Shown here in pieces: positions 1 to 11,900 of a stretch of 64,000 nt of DNA. This DNA comes from Mobula hypostoma. Lineage: Eukaryota. A model generated the notes under the pieces. It worked only from the letters and a program-made list of their open reading frames with translations. It had not been told where the DNA came from and made no database searches. Every line of letters begins with the position of its first letter. The stretch's first letter is position 1. A program made the position numbers and the translations under genes. The stretch is from positions 94,924,001 to 94,988,000 of the forward strand of contig NC_086097.1 of assembly GCF_963921235.1 (NCBI RefSeq). The letters are read 5' to 3'.

Positions 1-1049
1 AAAATATCAAATAACACTTTCTTTTGTTACCTTCAATTAAGGGCTTACCTAAAAGGCAAACTGGGTCAAACAATGTTTTTGTCAAAACCCAATGAAATTG
101 AAATTTTAATTCAAAAAGGAAAAATTAAAAAATTTATTTCTTGTATGTATAATTTGATTCAAAAACAGACAATTAAACAAGGAATCCACAAGCCAAAACA
201 AAAATGGGAAACGGATCTGAATATTAATATTGATGAAACAAATTGGTCAAGACTGTGTCTTGACAGTATGACAAATACAATAAACGTTCGACTTAGATTA
301 GTACAATATAATTTTTTACACCAATTATATATTACACCACAAAAAATAAATATATTAAATTCAAATTTATCTGATAAATGCTTTCGGTGTAATCAAGAAA
401 TTGGTACTTTCTTACATTCTACTTGGTCTTGTTCTAAAATTCAACCTTTTTGGATACATTTAAGAGTCTTATTGGAACAAATTACTGGAACTCAACTTCC
501 ACATAACCCTGTATTATTTCTATTAGGTGATATTGAAGGGATAAAACCGAAACTTAAATTGAATAAATATCAGAAAGAATTCATAAAAATTGCATTGGCA
601 GTAGCTAAGAAGGCTATAGCAGTTACTTGGAAATCCGATTCGTATTGAAGTATGAATCGTTGGAACAATGAAATGGCTAGTTCTATTCCACTGGAAAAAA
701 TTACTTATAATTTAAGAGATAAATATGAAACATTTCTGAATATTTGGCGCCCTTATTTACAAAAGATAGGATGGCATATTTAGTTGCTCCGATGATAAAG
801 ATCTTGGTCCCCTGGGGAAAGTAATAAATAAATATACTAAATTTATTTTGAATCTCATGGAGCATGTGGCAACCTTCCAATATCCAGGCAGTTCTTCTTT
901 TTTTTCTTCTTTCTTTCTTTCTTTCTTTCTTTTCTTTTTAGGTAGGAGTATATATCGGGGGGGGAAGGGTTAAGGGGAGGGGGGAGGGTAGACATTATCT
1001 TTTCATGTATTCACTTTGAAAACTCAATAAAAATTATACTAAAAAAAAG
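1..1049 (+). mobile_element. L1-clade LINE 3' end (ORF2 C-terminus, 3'UTR, poly-A)
   Basis: ORF 73-648 carries the CFRC-x8-H-x4-C zinc knuckle; the reading continues past a premature TGA (LEKITY..F..IW.PY) to about 783; (TTTC)n 899-940, G-tracts 957-988, AATAAA 1026-1031, A-run 1041-1048. Confidence 0.9.
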
Positions 1050-2860
1050 AATGCTCTTCACCGCACAGCTATGGAAATTTGCAAGATGCTTCATGACGTA
1101 CTGCACCAAATTTCATAAGACCATGAGATATAGGAGCAGAAGTAGGCCATTCAGCCCATCGAGTCTGCTCCACCATTCAATTATGGGCTGATCCAATTCT
1201 TTCAGTCATCCCCACTCCCCTGCTTTCACCCCATACTCTGGCTAAATAAGAACCTATCTATCTCTGCCTTAAATGAACTCAATGACTTGGCCCCCACAGC
1301 CGCTCATGGCAACAAATTCCACAGATTTACCACCCTCTGACTAAAGTAACTTCTCTGCATCTCTGTTCTCAATGGACGTCCTTCAATCCTGAAGTCGTGC
1401 TCTCTTGTGCTAGGCTCCCCTACCATGGGAAATAACTTTGCCATATCTAATCTGTTCAGGTCTTTAAACATTCAGAATGTTTCAATAAGATTCTCCCCCC
1501 CCACCCATTCCTCAAATTCCTAACGAAGTAGAGCCATTGGCATGCCTTCTTCAGGATTGCATCAATGTGTTGGCCCAGGACAGACCCTCTGTGGAGCTGG
1601 TACTCAGGAACTTGAAGCTGCTCACTCTTTCCACCACTGATCCCTCAATGATGTGTGTTCTCTTAACACCCCCTTCCTGAAATTGATTCCCTCATCTTGC
1701 TGACATTAAGTGTGACGCTGTTGTGATACCACTTAACCAAATGATCTCTCTCTCTCTCTCCTGCACGCCTCCTCGTTGCCATCTGAGATTTTACCAGTAG
1801 TGTTGTTATCTGCAAGCGTATAGACGGTGTTTGAGCTGTGCTTAGTGGAACACACGACCTTCAGGTGCACCTGTGTTGATTGTTCAGTGAGGAGGAGATG
1901 TTATTTCCGATTTGCACAGACTGCAGTCTGCTGATGAGGAAGTCAAGGATCCAGTTGCACAAGGAGGTACAGAGGGCAAGTTTAGCACTTTGGTGATTAA
2001 TTCTGAGGGGATAATGGTGATAAACAGCAGCCTGATGTATGATTTTCTATTGTCTAGGTGCTCCAAAACAAAGTGGAGAACCAGTGAGATTGTGTCTGCT
2101 GGAGATCTGTTGTGGTGTTAGGTGAATTGCAGTGTGCAGGTCCTTGGTCAGGAAGGAGTTAATTCTAGCCATTACCAACCTCTTGAAGCATTTCATTACC
2201 ACTGATGTGAGTGCTGTTTGAGGGGGCTCACCGTGCTCTTCTTGGGCTCCAGTATGATTGCTTCCATTTAGAATCAGGAGGGACCCTTGGACTGCAGCAG
2301 TGAGAGACTGGAGGTGTCCTTGAATACTCCAGCCAGTTGGTTGGCAAACAGATTTACTGTACCCTGCCAGGTACACCGTCAGGGCCTGATGCCTTGCGAG
2401 GATTCACCCTCATGAAGAATGATCTGATGTCAGACTCTGAGGGAGAAACCACAGGGTCACCAGATGCTGCGGGAGTTTGTACAGCAGTAGTGTTATTCTC
2501 CTTTTCAAAGCGTACGCAAAAGGTGTTGAGCATCACTGGCATTTATGCTCTAACAATTCACCTAGTGGCGTGCAAACCCTGTTTCTAGTTCCACACTGAA
2601 TTGCCTTTTTGCTCTTGTGATGGCCTTTCGAAGGTCGTGCCTGGACTGCTTGTAGGATTTTGGCTCACCACAGACCTAACCCTCAGCAAACTGAATCTCT
2701 GGTTCACTGGTGCTTCTGGTTTCGGGATACGCGGTGTATTCTCAAAGGCACACACTCATCCACGCAGTTCTTGATAAAGTCGATGACAGCTGTGACATAA
2801 TTATTCAAATCCCTGAGTGTGGTCCAGTCCACCAACACAAAGTAGTCCTATAAGACTCCC
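1050..2860 (-). mobile_element. Rex1/Babar-type LINE, decayed RT region, interrupted by a CR1 3' end
   Basis: RVNPRKASGPDGVPGR, ALTSVVMKCFKRLV and EHLDNRKSYIRLLF fragments; 1050-1113 is its continuation. Confidence 0.85.
1114..1500 (-). mobile_element. CR1/L3 LINE 3' end
   Basis: Short tandem tail (cataagac) and CR1 3'UTR; closely similar to 42437-42657. Confidence 0.8.
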
Positions 2861-2869
2861 ATGACTTAC

Positions 2870-2917
2870 CAGAGTGCTCCTATACACTGGGAATAGAGGT
2901 ACACCCAGGTGATTGGA
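2870..2917 (-). CDS. Host gene exon, 48 nt ([16 protein letters not shown])
   Basis: ctttgttatcttttgcaag|TCCAAT...ACTCTG|gtaagt; phase 0/0. Confidence 0.65.
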
Positions 2918-5900
2918 CTTGCAAAAGATAACAAAGTGCAAGCTGGAATACTGAACAGTAATTCCCTACTCCTGGTCCAGCTTTACAAAACTGCAGTATT
3001 TGCCTGAAAGCAAAAATAGCTAGATTGAAATATTAGAATTATTTTACTTATCCTGAGTGAACTAGTATTTGTGGAACCATATCCAAACAAATTACCCTGA
3101 GGGGTAACAACTGAAACGATCTAACTGTGCTGTTATCTTTAACAAAATAGCTGAAGTAGTGTATCATGACCTGTAAGAACTGCACGTAGCAGCTCATAAA
3201 AAAATCTGAATTGAGAAACTTGGGCTAAATGTGCTGTACTTAAATAATAATATAAAAACAGAAAATGCTGGGAAGTTTTCTGTGGAAAGCGAAGCATTTA
3301 ACGTTTCAGGTCTAAAACGGAGAGATTGTAACTGAGAGAGAGAAAGGCTGGGTAACAGACAAGGTGGGCGAGGGCAATGTGGGGAACAAAAGGAACGTCT
3401 GTAATCTCTCTCCACAGCCACTGCCTGACCTGCTATTCCCAGCATTTTCTGTTTCATTTCAGGTTTCCTGAATTTGCACTATTTTTGCTTTCTACTTAAT
3501 TAAGGTCTGAAATAAAATAAAATAGCTCTACTAAAACACCTATAATAACATAAATCAAATTAAATGCTGACTTCCAATGTCATACATAATGTCTCAAGTA
3601 AAATACTGGATCCAAATTACTAAAATCTTTAAACTGTAATACCTGACCTAAAATATCCGCATTAAAGCCCAAGGTAAAACAGATCTCTCTGCTATAAAAG
3701 CCACGTATTAATACCTGAAGTGAAGAGAGCATGTATTGGAACACCTGCATGTACACACACCTAGACTCAAATAACAAACCCACTCTGTAGTACCTGAACT
3801 AAGATTCTAGTGTGCAGTTACCTTATGTAGACACCCAAATTAAAACACTTAAATAGTGACACTGAAATAGTGAACCTTGCAGAAATCTCTGAACTATCTG
3901 CCCCTTCTTACCTATTACTCAGGAAATGTCATCAATCAGTTCACCAAAATTCTCTGGATTCTGGGTAGGTTCGGGCTACTGATTAAATAAGGATATAAGT
4001 GGAAAGCAGGAAGCTATGGGCTAGTTAGCTTAATGCCTGGAGTTGGGAAAATGCTTGAAGCTATCATTAAGGAACAAGTAGCAAGAAGTGGTCCAATCAG
4101 GCAGACACAGCATGGATTCCAGAAGGGCAGGCCCTGTTTGGCAAACTTACTGGAGTTCTTTGAGGATATAAGGAGTGCAGTGGATAGAGGGGATGTTGTA
4201 TACCTGGATTTATAGAAGGTGTTTGATAAGGTGCTGCATAAAAGACGTATTTGCAAGATAATGACACATAGAGTTGAGAGCAATGAATTTGCATTGATAG
4301 AGGATTGAGTAATCAATTAAAAGCAGAGAGTTGATACATATGAGTGTTTCTCTAGCTGGTATTCAGTGGTGAACAGAGTACCACAGGGCTTGTTGCAGGG
4401 GTCTGCAACTGTTCACAATATACAGCATATTAATGATTTGGAAGAGAGGACTGAACATAGTAAATCTAAGTTTGCTGATGACACTAAACTGAGTGGAAAA
4501 ACAGATTGTGCAAAGGACACAGGAAGTATGCAGAAAGCTATAGATAGGATAAGTGAGTGGGCAAGAGTCTAGAAGATGAAAAGATCTGAAAGATGAAAGG
4601 TGTTGGCAAATCAGCATATTGGACTGAGACTGAAAACCTGGGTGAGTGGTGCTTCTTACTCAACGTCAGCAAGACCAAGGGACTGATCTTTCACTTCAGA
4701 AGAGGGAAACCGGAGGTTTTTGAGCCAGTCCTCATCAGGGGATCAGAGGAGCCACGTAAGTGCAATTACGAAGAAAATTTCCTTAGAAGTTTTTCTGAAA
4801 GTTTGGTATGACGTCTAAAACTTTGACAAACTTTTGTAGACGTGTGGTGGAGAGTATATTGCCTAGCTGCATCGCGGCCTGGTATGGAAACAGCAATGCC
4901 CTTGAACAGAAAATCCTACCAAAAGTAGTGGCTACGGTCTAGTCCATCACAGTTAAAGCCCTCCCCACCACTCAGTACATCTACATGAAGCATTGTTGCA
5001 GACAAACGGCATCCATCATCAGGGACCCCTACCATCCAGGAAGTGCTCCCTCCTCACTGCTGCCATCAGGAAGAAAGTGCAGGAGCCTCAGGTCTCACAC
5101 CACCAGGTTCAGGAACAGTTATTACCTCTCAACCATCAGACTCTTGAACCAAAGGGGATAACTTCACTTGCCCCATCACTGAAATGTACCCACAAGCAAT
5201 CGACTCACTTTCAAGGACTCTTCATCTCATGTTCTTGATATTTATTGCTTATTTATTTATTATTATTATTTCTTTCCTTTTGTATTTGCATAGTTTGTTG
5301 TCTTGTGCACACTGGTTGTCAGCCCTGTTTATGCAGTCTATTGATTCTATTATGGTTATTCGATTTATTGAGTATGCCCACAAAAAATGAATATCAGGGT
5401 CGTTTTTTGTGACATATATGCACTTTGATAATAAATTTACTTTGAACTGTTTTATTTGATAAGAAAACTAAAAGCCATGTTTCTGAAACAGTTGAGGAAA
5501 CATACTTAACGTAAAACTTTTATATATCAATAGTTCAGGAGCAGTAATTGTAAATGTCACAGTTAACTGACAATTGACAATTACGTTGAGGATGACAATG
5601 ATACACAACTTGTGTTTGTAGTTTGGGCAATAAGTTGTTGTGCGTTCCATTCTCTCTCTGCTAACAGTGCTGCACATTGCAGAGATTATTTCTCGCCACG
5701 AAAGCATTGTAGTCGCACTTACCATGGACAGCTGCCGTGTTAAAGTCATCACAAACGGCATCAACTCAGTGATTGTCTGTTCAGCAAGGAATCAAATCAC
5801 CCAACAAGCTGGCCGTCTGTACTTAAGCTCTGTATCAAAATACCTGGTATCAGTATCTGTACTTACAGTAGCTGCCTGAACTAGAACACATAAAATAGAA

Positions 5901-8900
5901 TTCCTGTACTGAAATGTCTGAAACACACCATTAAGTTCCTATACTCAAATACAATACATATTATGAAATAGCCACATTAACCCTTGCTGAAATCTGTCAG
6001 GTCAGGGCCTTGCCTTGCTGCTGGTACCACGTAGCCCAGTACTACCTGTCTCGGGTCGGGTTGTCGGCGACTCAGCCGGCACACCCCCTGGTGCACTTCG
6101 GTTAACCAGGGAGGAGGGTGTGTAGGCACCCAGCAGGACAGAAAAGTAAAACCTGTCAAAGGGCGGATGAACTCCTTGTGAGTCAACGGCCACCTACTGT
6201 CTGTGTGAGGAGTGGCGCGCCACACAGTCTTTCGTTTTGTGCCTTGTAAGGCTGGTAGTAGTAGAAATAGCTCATTGTAGTGTCCATGCAAAATCCAGAT
6301 TGCATTTGGGAAGTAACTTTACGGTGAACGGGAGGGCCCCGGGGAGTGAGTGGAACAGAGGCACCTCGGAGTGCAATTGCATAGTTCTCTGAAAGTGGTT
6401 CTCAGGTAGGTGGGGTAGTGAAGAAGGTGCTTGGCATGCTGGAGTTGGGAATATAAGATGGGAGTTACACATGATGCTGCTGAGGTCACACTTGAAGGAC
6501 CGTTCACGGTTTTGATGATGCTCACAGAAAAATTGTTATTAAATGAGAAAGGCTGCAGAAAAGATAAACCCAGGTGGTGCCTGGACTTGAGGGCTTGAGT
6601 TACGGGGCTGCGTGGACTAGGATGCCATTCCCTGGAAAGTAGGCGACCTGACAGAGGTATATTTTGTACGATTATGAAGGTCATGGATAGAAGGGAATGT
6701 TGCTAAAAGCAAGAGGGCGTAAGTTTGAGAACAGAGGTGAGAGATTTAAAAAGCTGCTGGTGCATTACGGTGAACGTATTGGTTAGCACAATGCATTACA
6801 GTACGGGCGACCTGCCGCTGGCTACAGGGAGTATGTACATCCTCCCAGTGACCATGTGGGGCTCCACGTTCTGCAGACGTACCGGTTGGTAGGTTAACTG
6901 GTCATTATAAATTGTCCTGTGATTAGGCTGGGGTTAAACCGGGGGTTGGCGGATGGCTCGAAGGACTGGAAAGGCCTGTTCCATTTTGTATCTCAGTGAG
7001 TAAGTAAATATCAGCTCAACTTCCTCACACAAAGGGTGGCGCATACTTGGAACGAGCTGCCAGAACCGGTGGTTGAGTTGGGTGCAATAGCAGCATTAAA
7101 AAGCCATCTAGATAGGTACACTGATAGGAGAGGTTAGAAGATCATGGGGCCAAACACAGGCAGATGGATGAGCTGGGCCGAATAGCCCATTTCCTCACTG
7201 TATGACTCGAGAACTCTAAACATTCCCCCCAGTACACCTGAAATACTTAACTTACATCACCTGACAGAAAATGCCTGTACTTAAAATGCGTTTACTGAAA
7301 TATTTGAGCTAAGCTATATGAACCTGTTTGGCTGAAACAAAGTACTTGAATTTTAGTGCATGAAATAAAATATAGTAGTATATAGTATATGAACTAAATT
7401 AATTAGGCTGAAATACATCAAAACAAATGACATGAAGTAGAATACAGAAGCTAACATTCTTGCCCCGAAGAACCTGCACCTATGTATCTAGATTAAATTA
7501 TCACTTATGAACTGAAGCACATGATGAATTAGAACTTGCATTCGTCTGGTTATGGAAGGGATGGAGAGTGCTGTAGAACAGAGACACAGAGGTACAAAAC
7601 TGTACATCGTTCCCTGAAAGTGGCAACATGGGTAGATAGGTGGGGTTGAGATGCAGATGGTTCCTGAATGGCAGAGGGGTTAAACAGTTAACATTCTGGA
7701 GTGGATTAGAGATGAGATAAGGACAAATGAGCCAGGCTCTGAACAAAGCTGATCACAGATTGTGGAATTCTTGTTTTTAAAGCTTGCCCTGACTCTTGGA
7801 AAAATGAAAGTCACGTTTTGGCTGACAGTGGAGAGCAGCAGGGTTCCAAAAATCTTCCGAGGACATTCCTGAGGTGGAGGTTATGCAGAAGTCAATGAGA
7901 TGCAGGCAATACAAGCTCTCCTTTCATTGCAGAGCAACATTCAGCTCTCCCCCATGACTGCACATTGTCCTCAAACACATAATCACCACGGTCCGAGGGT
8001 CCGCCGACTCTTCATTGTGACATAAAAATAAATACCAGCCTAGGCCACTGGCAAAAGCTGTCCAACAAAAGCAACTCAGACAGCCTCCTGGAGGATGAAC
8101 AATCCCAGAGAGCCTGAATATAATGCAGCAGACTGCAGTGCAGCAGAACTGATCAAAACTAAGTTATGAGCAAAACCAACTTGTAACTGATCAGCTGACT
8201 GCAGGCAAGACCACTCCAATGACCAAGGATGCACAGTCATAGAGGAAAGCAAACCCTTCAGCCCTTCAAATCCATGCCAGTTACCACCACCATTTTTACA
8301 TCAGTCTTCACTTACTCATTTTATTTCCCCATATTCCTATAAACTCCACTCACCTACACACTAGGGGTAATCTACAGCAGCCAATTAACTTACTGACCCG
8401 CACGCCTTTGGGACGTGGGAAGAAAGCAAAGCAACTTGGGAAACCCAGGTGACCACAGGAGGAACGTGCAAACTCCACTGTTCAACATTAAAGGTACTGT
8501 GTCGTACCACAAGTCCTTGAATGGAGTTGATGGGAGTAAGGGGGGACCTCAATGAAGCACACAATCGATTTGGAAGGCTCAGTGGGAATGACGTTGTTAC
8601 TGACACAAGCCATGTCACTATAGATTTATTCACATTAAGTTTCCTGGTCCTGATCACCCCTTTTTCACTATGGATGTCCAGTCCCTAAACACTTTTATCC
8701 CCCATCAGCAAGGCCTTAAAGATCTCCGCTTCTTCCTGGACAATAGACCTAACCAGTTCTCCTCCATCACCACCCCTCTTCATCTAATAGAACAGGTTCT
8801 TACCCTCAACAATTGCTCTTTCAGGTCCTCCCACATTATCCGAACCCAAAGGAGTGGCCTCGGGGACCCGCATGGACCCCAGCTATGCCTGCCTTTTCGT

Positions 8901-11900
8901 TGGTTATGTGGAACAGTACATGTTCCAAGCCTACAATGGTAGTGTTTCCCAATTGTTTCCATACCCCATTGACAACTGTATTGGTGCTGCTTCCTACACC
9001 CATGCTGAGCTCATCAATTTCATCAACTTTGCCTCCAACTTTCCGCTTGCCCTTCAAATTTACTTCTACAATCTCTGATACCTCTTTCCCCTTTCTTGAT
9101 TTCCCAATCTCCGTTTCTCTGTTCCTCCACGTGGCTTAGAATCTTGCCATTAACCTTGTATTCTGCCTGTAAATCACTTCACAATTTTTACAGGCTGAAC
9201 TCCATCTGCCACATCTCAGCCCAGCTCTGCATCCTGTCTATGCACCATGGTCACAGCGAATGCAGAATGCAATTGCTTGGCGGAATCGGCAATGGAGAAA
9301 TTTGCCAATGAAACACGGCTTAGCATTGCACGACGACAGCCAGGCATCACAACCGGATGGTTGCAATTTGTACTGTGGTCCTACAGAACCAGTTGGCACT
9401 GCATTTCCTATTGGCTGAGAAGGGTGGGACTGGCGCCATCATTGACTGGCAGTGCTGCATGGACACCCCTGATCCAGTTAGAAGCTGATAAGGTCAAGAA
9501 GATTGGGCAAAGGTTACCTTGGATCTGGTCCCTTCCTTTCTGGGAGGTTGGTAGCTGCATTGTGCAATGGGCAAGGGGGGTTCTGTTCCTGCTCATTGTG
9601 ATTAATTCTAACCTCTTGCCTGAGATTGCTTGGCAGAGTGATGGCCTGAAGAACAGCGATCTCCATCATGATCTAATAGCCACCTTCGCTCAACGGGGTT
9701 ACTGAGAAGGTTCAGGGACCTTGTGCTAGTGGAAGTCAGTAAGATTTGCGTCATTCTTTACAGGACAAAAGGAGGGAATTGTGGAAGTTGTCCCTCACGT
9801 AGGCGAGGTGAGGCCTCCAGTAAGAACTGCAGAGATCCTGCACAGATGCCAAAGCTGTGGAAGCCTTGGTCCGCAGGTCAGGATCGGCTCTGTTACACTT
9901 CATGCCCACAGCCCTCAGGGACAACGCTCTAGCACAGCGCGGTGGATTGAACGCAGCTGGCGTGTGCACCGTTACTGAATGAAGGCATCATGAGAAGCAC
10001 CAAGGTACCTGCAGGTCTTGTTCACACACCGGCTGCACCCTGAGGAAGAATCGCAATCAGCTTCAACATCACTGGCATGTGTCGTGAAATTTGTTGTTTC
10101 GCAGCAATACATAACAATAAAAAAAGGCTATAAATTATAAAAAGGAAGTATATATAAAAAGTTATATTAATTAAGTAGTGCAAAAAGCAAAATAAAAGTG
10201 AACTAGCGTACATGTTTTCATTGTCCATTCAGAAATCTGATGGTGGAGGGGAAGAAGCGGTTCCTGTAATGTTGAGCATGTGCTTTTAGGCTCCTGCACC
10301 TCCTCCTTGGGAGGGCACGTCCTGGGTGATGAGGGTCCTTAGTGACAGATACTGCCTTTTTGAGGTATCGCCTTTTGAAGGTGTCCTGGATGCAGGGCAG
10401 CCTGGTGCCCACGATGGAGCTGGCTGAGTTTACAACACTCTGCAGCTTTTTCCGATCCTGTGTAGCGGCCTCTCCACACCAGGCAGAGGTGCAGCCAGTC
10501 AGAGTGCTCTCCATGGTACATCTGCAGAAATTTGCAAGAGCCTTTGGTTTCAAACCAAATCTCCTCAAACTCCTAATGAAATACAGTTGCTGTTGTGCCT
10601 TCTTTGTAATTGCATCAATATGTTGGGCCCAGGATAGATCTTCAGAGATGTTGCCACCCAGGAACTGCTCACTCTTTCCACTGCTGATCCCTCAAAGAGG
10701 ACTTGTGTGTGTTCCCTTGACTTCCCCTCCTGAAGTCCCCCATCAATTCCTTAGTCCGACTGACACTGAGTGCAAGGTTGCTGTTGTGACATCAATCAGC
10801 TAGCTGATAAATTTCACTCCAATACGCCTCCTTGTCATCATCTGAGATTCTGCCAACAATTGTGTCATCGGCGAGTTTATAGATGTCATTTGAGTTGTGC
10901 CGAGCCACACAGTCATGGGTGTAGAGAGAGTGGAGCAGTGGGCTAAGCACATATCATTGAGCTATGTCAGTGAGGAGGAGATGTTATTTCCGGTCTGCTC
11001 TGACTGTGGTCTCCCAGTGAGGAAGTCACAGCTCCAGCTACCCAGGGAGGTACAGACCCAGGTTTTGGAGCTCTTTGATTAGAACTGAGGGTGTGATTGT
11101 GTTGAATACTGAGCAGTAGTCAATAAACACCAGCCTGACTCAGACATTGCTATTGTCCATGTGCTCCAAGGTCAAATGGAGAGCCTATGACCATGCAGAC
11201 CTACTGTGATGACAGGCAAATTGCACAGGTCCTTGCTTGGGCAGGAGTTGATCCTAGCTATGACCAACCACTCAAAGCACTTCATCACAGTGGGACTGAG
11301 TGCCACCGGCCGACGGTCTTTGAGGCAAATCACCCTGCTCTTCTTAGGCACTGGTATGATTGTCACCCTTTTGAACTTCTGACTGCAGGAGGGAGATATC
11401 GAAGATGTCCTTAAACACTCGCACCAGTTGGTGGGAATAGGTTTTCAGTCTTTATTTTCTGCCTATATGCCACGTGTAGAAGTAGAGGCAGGTGATCAGA
11501 CTTCCCACTGTGTGGGCATGGGATGGCATGGTAAGCATTCTTGATGGTGATGTAACAGTGGCCAAGTGTCTTGGCTTCTCTGGTTCTGCAGGTGATCTGC
11601 TGGCGCTGGTTGTTCCAGAGACTTCTTCAAGCTGGCATGGTTGAAATCCCCCTCACAGGGAAGGCATCCGGGTGTGCTGTTTCATGACTGTTGATTATGG
11701 TGCTCAGCTCCTCCAGTGCCTGTCTGACATTGGCCTGAGGTGGAATGTAAACCACTACCAGGATTATGATGGAAAACTCCCTCAGTGGATAAAATGGATG
11801 ACACTTGACTGCTAATGTTCCAGGTTGGGTGAGCAGGATTGAGACACAACTGCCACATCTGTGCACCATAATGAGTTAATCAAAAAGCACGCTCCTTTAA

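Noticed and set aside
1062..1100. Apparent in-phase next exon on the minus strand (YVMKHLANFHSCA)
   Set aside because: Matches the Rex1 motif cttgcaaattt....tgt.cggtg.agagcatt seen in other copies; it is the continuation of the Rex1 element.
9247..9705. 152-aa plus-strand ORF
   Set aside because: No recognisable motif or convincing splice context, and it is antisense to a better-supported exon; likely chance.
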